Source: Lingula anatina (taxonomy: Eukaryota > Animalia > Brachiopoda). Taken from it: a stretch of DNA of 64,000 nucleotides. Both the position numbers and the translations under genes were made by a program. How positions within the stretch are numbered: position 1 is the first letter of the stretch; each line of letters begins with the position of its first letter. The DNA lies in NCBI GenBank assembly GCA_051362555.1, contig CM120643.1:24680848-24744847 (forward strand). The letters run 5' to 3'. This document shows, in pieces, positions 60,128 through 64,000 of this stretch. A model generated the notes under the pieces. It was not told the DNA's origin, did no database searches, and saw nothing but the letters and a program-made list of their open reading frames with translations.

Positions 60128-62333
60128 AAACAAGGCAGCAAAGCTGTCAAATGTACAGACAAAAAACAGGAAATAACTATGCTCAAAATAGGCTACTGTC
60201 AATTCTGATGCAAAAGTACATTATGTTAAACTGCAAATTCAACATCAAATTTTAATTATGCTCAACAGGTAATACCAATATAAGTAAAATGTGTAACAAG
60301 TTCACACTTTGAAAATGTATAACTTCCAGAAAAAGAAGCCAATTAGACTGTTTTTCCAACTCAAGCTGCATTTTAGTCCCGTATTTCTTTTTTGAAAATT
60401 TGGCAATCATAAGTAACATGGTTTTCCCATAATGGTCATCATGGCAGCAGCACCCAAAATTGAGTTTTCTTCTATTCTGATGCCATATTACATAATGGTT
60501 AACAGCATAATGACCGTCAATTTTTAATAATAAAATATACGTATCATGGATTTTCAGAAAATGTGACTAGCATGGGTCTTCAAGCCTGTGGAACTTCAAA
60601 GTCACACCTTGAAAATGCCAATATGTGAAAAATTAAATTTTCACAAAAAAAAAAAAAAAAAAAAAAAAAACTGTTTAAACTGGCAGTAAGAATTACCAAA
60701 CAGACTGCATTGCCTACTGAAGCTGTATTCTAGTCCCATGTTTCTTTCCTGTAAGTTTGAGAACAGTAAGTGACATGGTTTTTCTTAAATGGTCATCATG
60801 GGAGCAGTGCCCAAAATAGTTTGTTTTTTTTTTTCAAATTTTGATGCAATATTACATAATGTTTAACAGCATAATGACCATCAATTTTTAATAATAAAAT
60901 ATTAGTATCATGGATATTCAGAAAATGTGACTAGCAAAGGTCCTCAGGCCTATGGAACTTCAAAGTCACAACTTGAAAATGCCAAAATGTAAACAAGACA
61001 GCACTGTTCTGAAAATTTTTTCCCCATTTTTAACAATTTTTTAACATAAAACAATATTAACAGGTTACTGCCATTTTTATACGATCAACTAAGAAAATTG
61101 ATGAGATGGGAAAAATATCAATACAACAGTGTTAAATGTCCAATTTCCTCCATTCTGAGATTCTGAACATAGTGAATGATTGAATCTGACAAACAGCAAT
61201 GATATGAGTTTATTTCCATTTTTGAAACTTTATTACACAACACATGATAACAAGTTTACCATCATTTTTACATAATCAACTAATGATGTTGTAAAGATGC
61301 AGGAAATGTCAACCAAACACTTTTACATGTCTTATTAGTTAAATAATGAGACTGTTAACATGCCTAAGAATTGAATCTGAGGAAATGTAAAACAAGACAT
61401 GGGTTTATTTCCATTTTTAACACTTTTTTTAACATAAAACAAAATAAACAGTTTACTGCAATTTTTATATGATCAACTAAGAAAATTGATGAGATGGGAA
61501 AAATATCAATAGAATAGTGTTAAATGTCCAATTTCCTCCATTCTGAGATTCTGAACATAGTGAATGATTGAATCTGACAAACTGCAATGATATGAGTTTA
61601 TTTCCATTTTTGAAACTTTATTACACAATACACGATAACAAGTTTACCATCATTTTTACATAATCAACTAACAATGTTGTAAAGATGCAGGAAATGTCAA
61701 ACAAACACTTTTATGTATCTTATTAGTAAAATAATAAGACTGTTAACATGCCTAAGAATTGAATCTTAGGAAATGTGAAAAAACAGCATAACTTCTAAAA
61801 TAATGCCCCGATTATGCTGATTTTCGAACTCAACCTGCGTTTTAGTAAGATTGACCATTCCTGTGAGTTAAATGACAATTGGCCAATCTATTTTTCTTAT
61901 ATTGTGTTTACAGTGTTGCATATATGCTGAAAAATGAAAAAACAGCATAACTACTAAAATAGTGGTCCGATCATGCTGATTTTCAAACTTGACCTGCGTT
62001 TTAGTAAGATTGATTACTCCTGTGAGTTTCATGACAACAGGCCTAACGGTTTTCCTTAAAATGTGTTTACAGGGTTGCATATATGCTGAAAAGTGAAAAA
62101 ACAGCATAACGTCTACAATAATGGCCTGATTATGCTGATTTTCGAACTTGACCTGCGTTTTATGAATATTCATCAGCTCTGTAAATATAAAGCCAAAAAG
62201 TAAAACTGCCCTCCACTTATCGTGTTTACAAGGAAAGTGCACGGCGCCGACGGCGACGGCGCCGGCGACGCCGGCGACGACAGACGCAGGTGATGGCAAT
62301 ATGTACAGACACATCTGTGTCTGTACATAAAAA
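60128..62333. mobile_element. Helentron-type non-autonomous element (HINE) carrying tandem-repeat arrays
   Basis: AACAAG start with motif ATGTACAGAC (60151-60160), which recurs in the terminal hairpin ATGTACAGACACA-TC-TGTGTCTGTACAT (62301-62328) followed by AAAA. GACGGC-type microsatellite at 62240-62285. Internal tandem units of ~360 bp x2, ~375 bp x2 and ~157 bp x2-3. Confidence 0.8.
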
Positions 62334-62500
62334 GATCTTGAACCTTACTCAAGGAAGAAGTCGGTTTAATGGCAATAAAAGGGGCCATGCTGGAGAGATG
62401 GAGAGATGATGTCCATTTGCCACGCTCTTTGTGTGCACTGCATAGCTCCTGCCGACTCCTACCCCATTATTGCACATCGTGTGGGTGCACACCACCCTCA

Positions 62501-62738
62501 GGGCGCATTCCCAATGAAACTATTGTTCCACGATTATCGGTCCAACTCCGCGGGAACTCTCACTGTGTGCAATCAAATAAACTAAGTAACACGCCTCCTC
62601 TTGTTTGCAACTTACTCGTATAATTACCGGATTTTCTGTATTCTACTCAAGAGGAAGCGTGCTAATCTTTTGATCTGATTGCATTCAGCAGAGTTTGATC
62701 GATCAACGTAGTTCGATAGTTTTATTGGAAATGAGCCT
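62501..62738. mobile_element. Palindromic MITE (Harbinger-like)
   Basis: Ends GGGCGCATTCCCAATGAAACTAT / ATAGTTTTATTGGAAATGAGCCT, with imperfect arms of ~100 bp. Confidence 0.7.
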
Positions 62739-64000
62739 TAAGTTATTTTCCCGTGTAAACCCGCCTTCAAACCGTATCTCTTGCCACATAATCGTGATCT
62801 GTTTAATGGGTTTCTGTTGTTTCTGTTCCAGGGTGTTTAAAGTCTATGTTGGACATCTATGTTCTGTTAATTAATTTCATTTCCCTTTTAAGCGGCGATG
62901 TTTGTCCGGCAAAGCCATTTGTTAAGTAATTATTTCGTACAATTCCAGTTCAAATTTTGCCAAGAGTCGTACGCGGCGGTATGATTGAAACATACATTTC
63001 ACCGTTTGGCAAAATAGATAGAAAATTGAAACAAATACCCCTTTTTCAAATTATCACGATCGCATTAACCTGATTTCTTTTATACTTCAAACAACTGCTA
63101 AAATTTACGTCAACCAGTTCAAATCAAGTTGTTTGTCAAAGCCTTGGTATACAATCCATTTGTTATAATTAGAAAAATAATTACACTGTATTTTTTTCAA
63201 TATTTGAAAGACAAGAGTTAAAATTGTCCAATTAGTCAGCACATTAATCTTTTTTCAATTAATTGGATAAGGTAACTTTTTTGTCAAAATTTATTGCACA
63301 TTTAGAGTAGTTCTTCCTATCGATAACCGAGGGAAGAATAGAAGAATTCTCAAATGAATGTCTGATTTGTTAGTCAGTTAACGTCATCCCAAGGCACAGA
63401 CACTTGATGTTATGTCGATAAAAACCATGTTATAAAACTAAGAAATGAAACCCGACTGCTATTCTCTGGGGGGAGAGCTGCGGTGGAACTAACCGTAATA
63501 TTCCATTAAATTCCCTTACATTATTGAAATGGACATGGGATTGACTGTAACTCGACTGCATACGTGCCATTCTTCCATTCTCTGGTACTTGATGTTTTTC
63601 AGAACAACTATTTATCTTTATTGTCTGGCAATGTTCGCTGAATTGAAAAGAAAAAAAAATGCTGAGCGATTTTCTCTCAAATAAGTACGTGTTATCTAAC
63701 TGGCAATTAAGGCACCTTGAAGGAAAAAACATAGTATGATTTGCATTCATAATTGTCTAGAGACGCGATGGGTACAGCTACTTGCTTCAGTAATAACAAA
63801 ATAACGATAATGACCGAAAAAGAGATAATTTTTTTAAAAAAATAATAAATGAATACAAAACAACGAGAACAAGTTCGACTTGTTTGGTTTGGTAGTACAT
63901 GAGATGGGATGATTTATCACTAATTTTATTGAAATTGCCATGGAGATTAAGCTCAATGTCAGATAGTAAAGTTAGATCCTGCTAAATGCCTTCAATTAAA

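Noticed and set aside
60260-62200. Regularly spaced repeats as a possible CRISPR-like array
   Set aside because: The units are long head-to-tail duplicates with no unique spacers, no cas genes, and a eukaryotic TE context.

Overview
AT-rich animal genomic DNA with spliceosomal introns. Gene and repeat content suggest a lophotrochozoan, probably a mollusc (inference). Most short ORFs in the supplied track are spurious, so I built gene models by hand from GT-AG boundaries and reading-frame continuity. Left to right the window holds: two tandem copies of a secreted short-chain collagen C4-like gene (- strand; copy A runs off the left edge, copy B is complete with 8 exons); the last two coding exons of an ITFG1/LINKIN-like gene on the + strand inside the duplicated unit; an 11-exon LRP3/10/12-family receptor (+); a 7-exon DUF4476-like, Pro/Gly/Tyr-tailed gene (-), head-to-head with the probable 5' end of a phytochelatin synthase gene (+); and an intronless rhodopsin-like peptide GPCR (-). 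Mobile DNA is abundant: two decayed Tc1 elements, a 4.6-kb Academ-like foldback element, a deleted hAT-like element splitting an L2/CR1 LINE remnant, a deleted Gypsy-like LTR element, an RTE-like LINE fragment, Helentron-type HINEs and several MITE families. I found no RNA genes or CRISPR arrays, and no unambiguous new biological system. The best leads are the collagen genes apparently nested in and co-duplicated with ITFG1, and the DUF4476/phytochelatin synthase bidirectional promoter with a nuclear-receptor repeat cluster.
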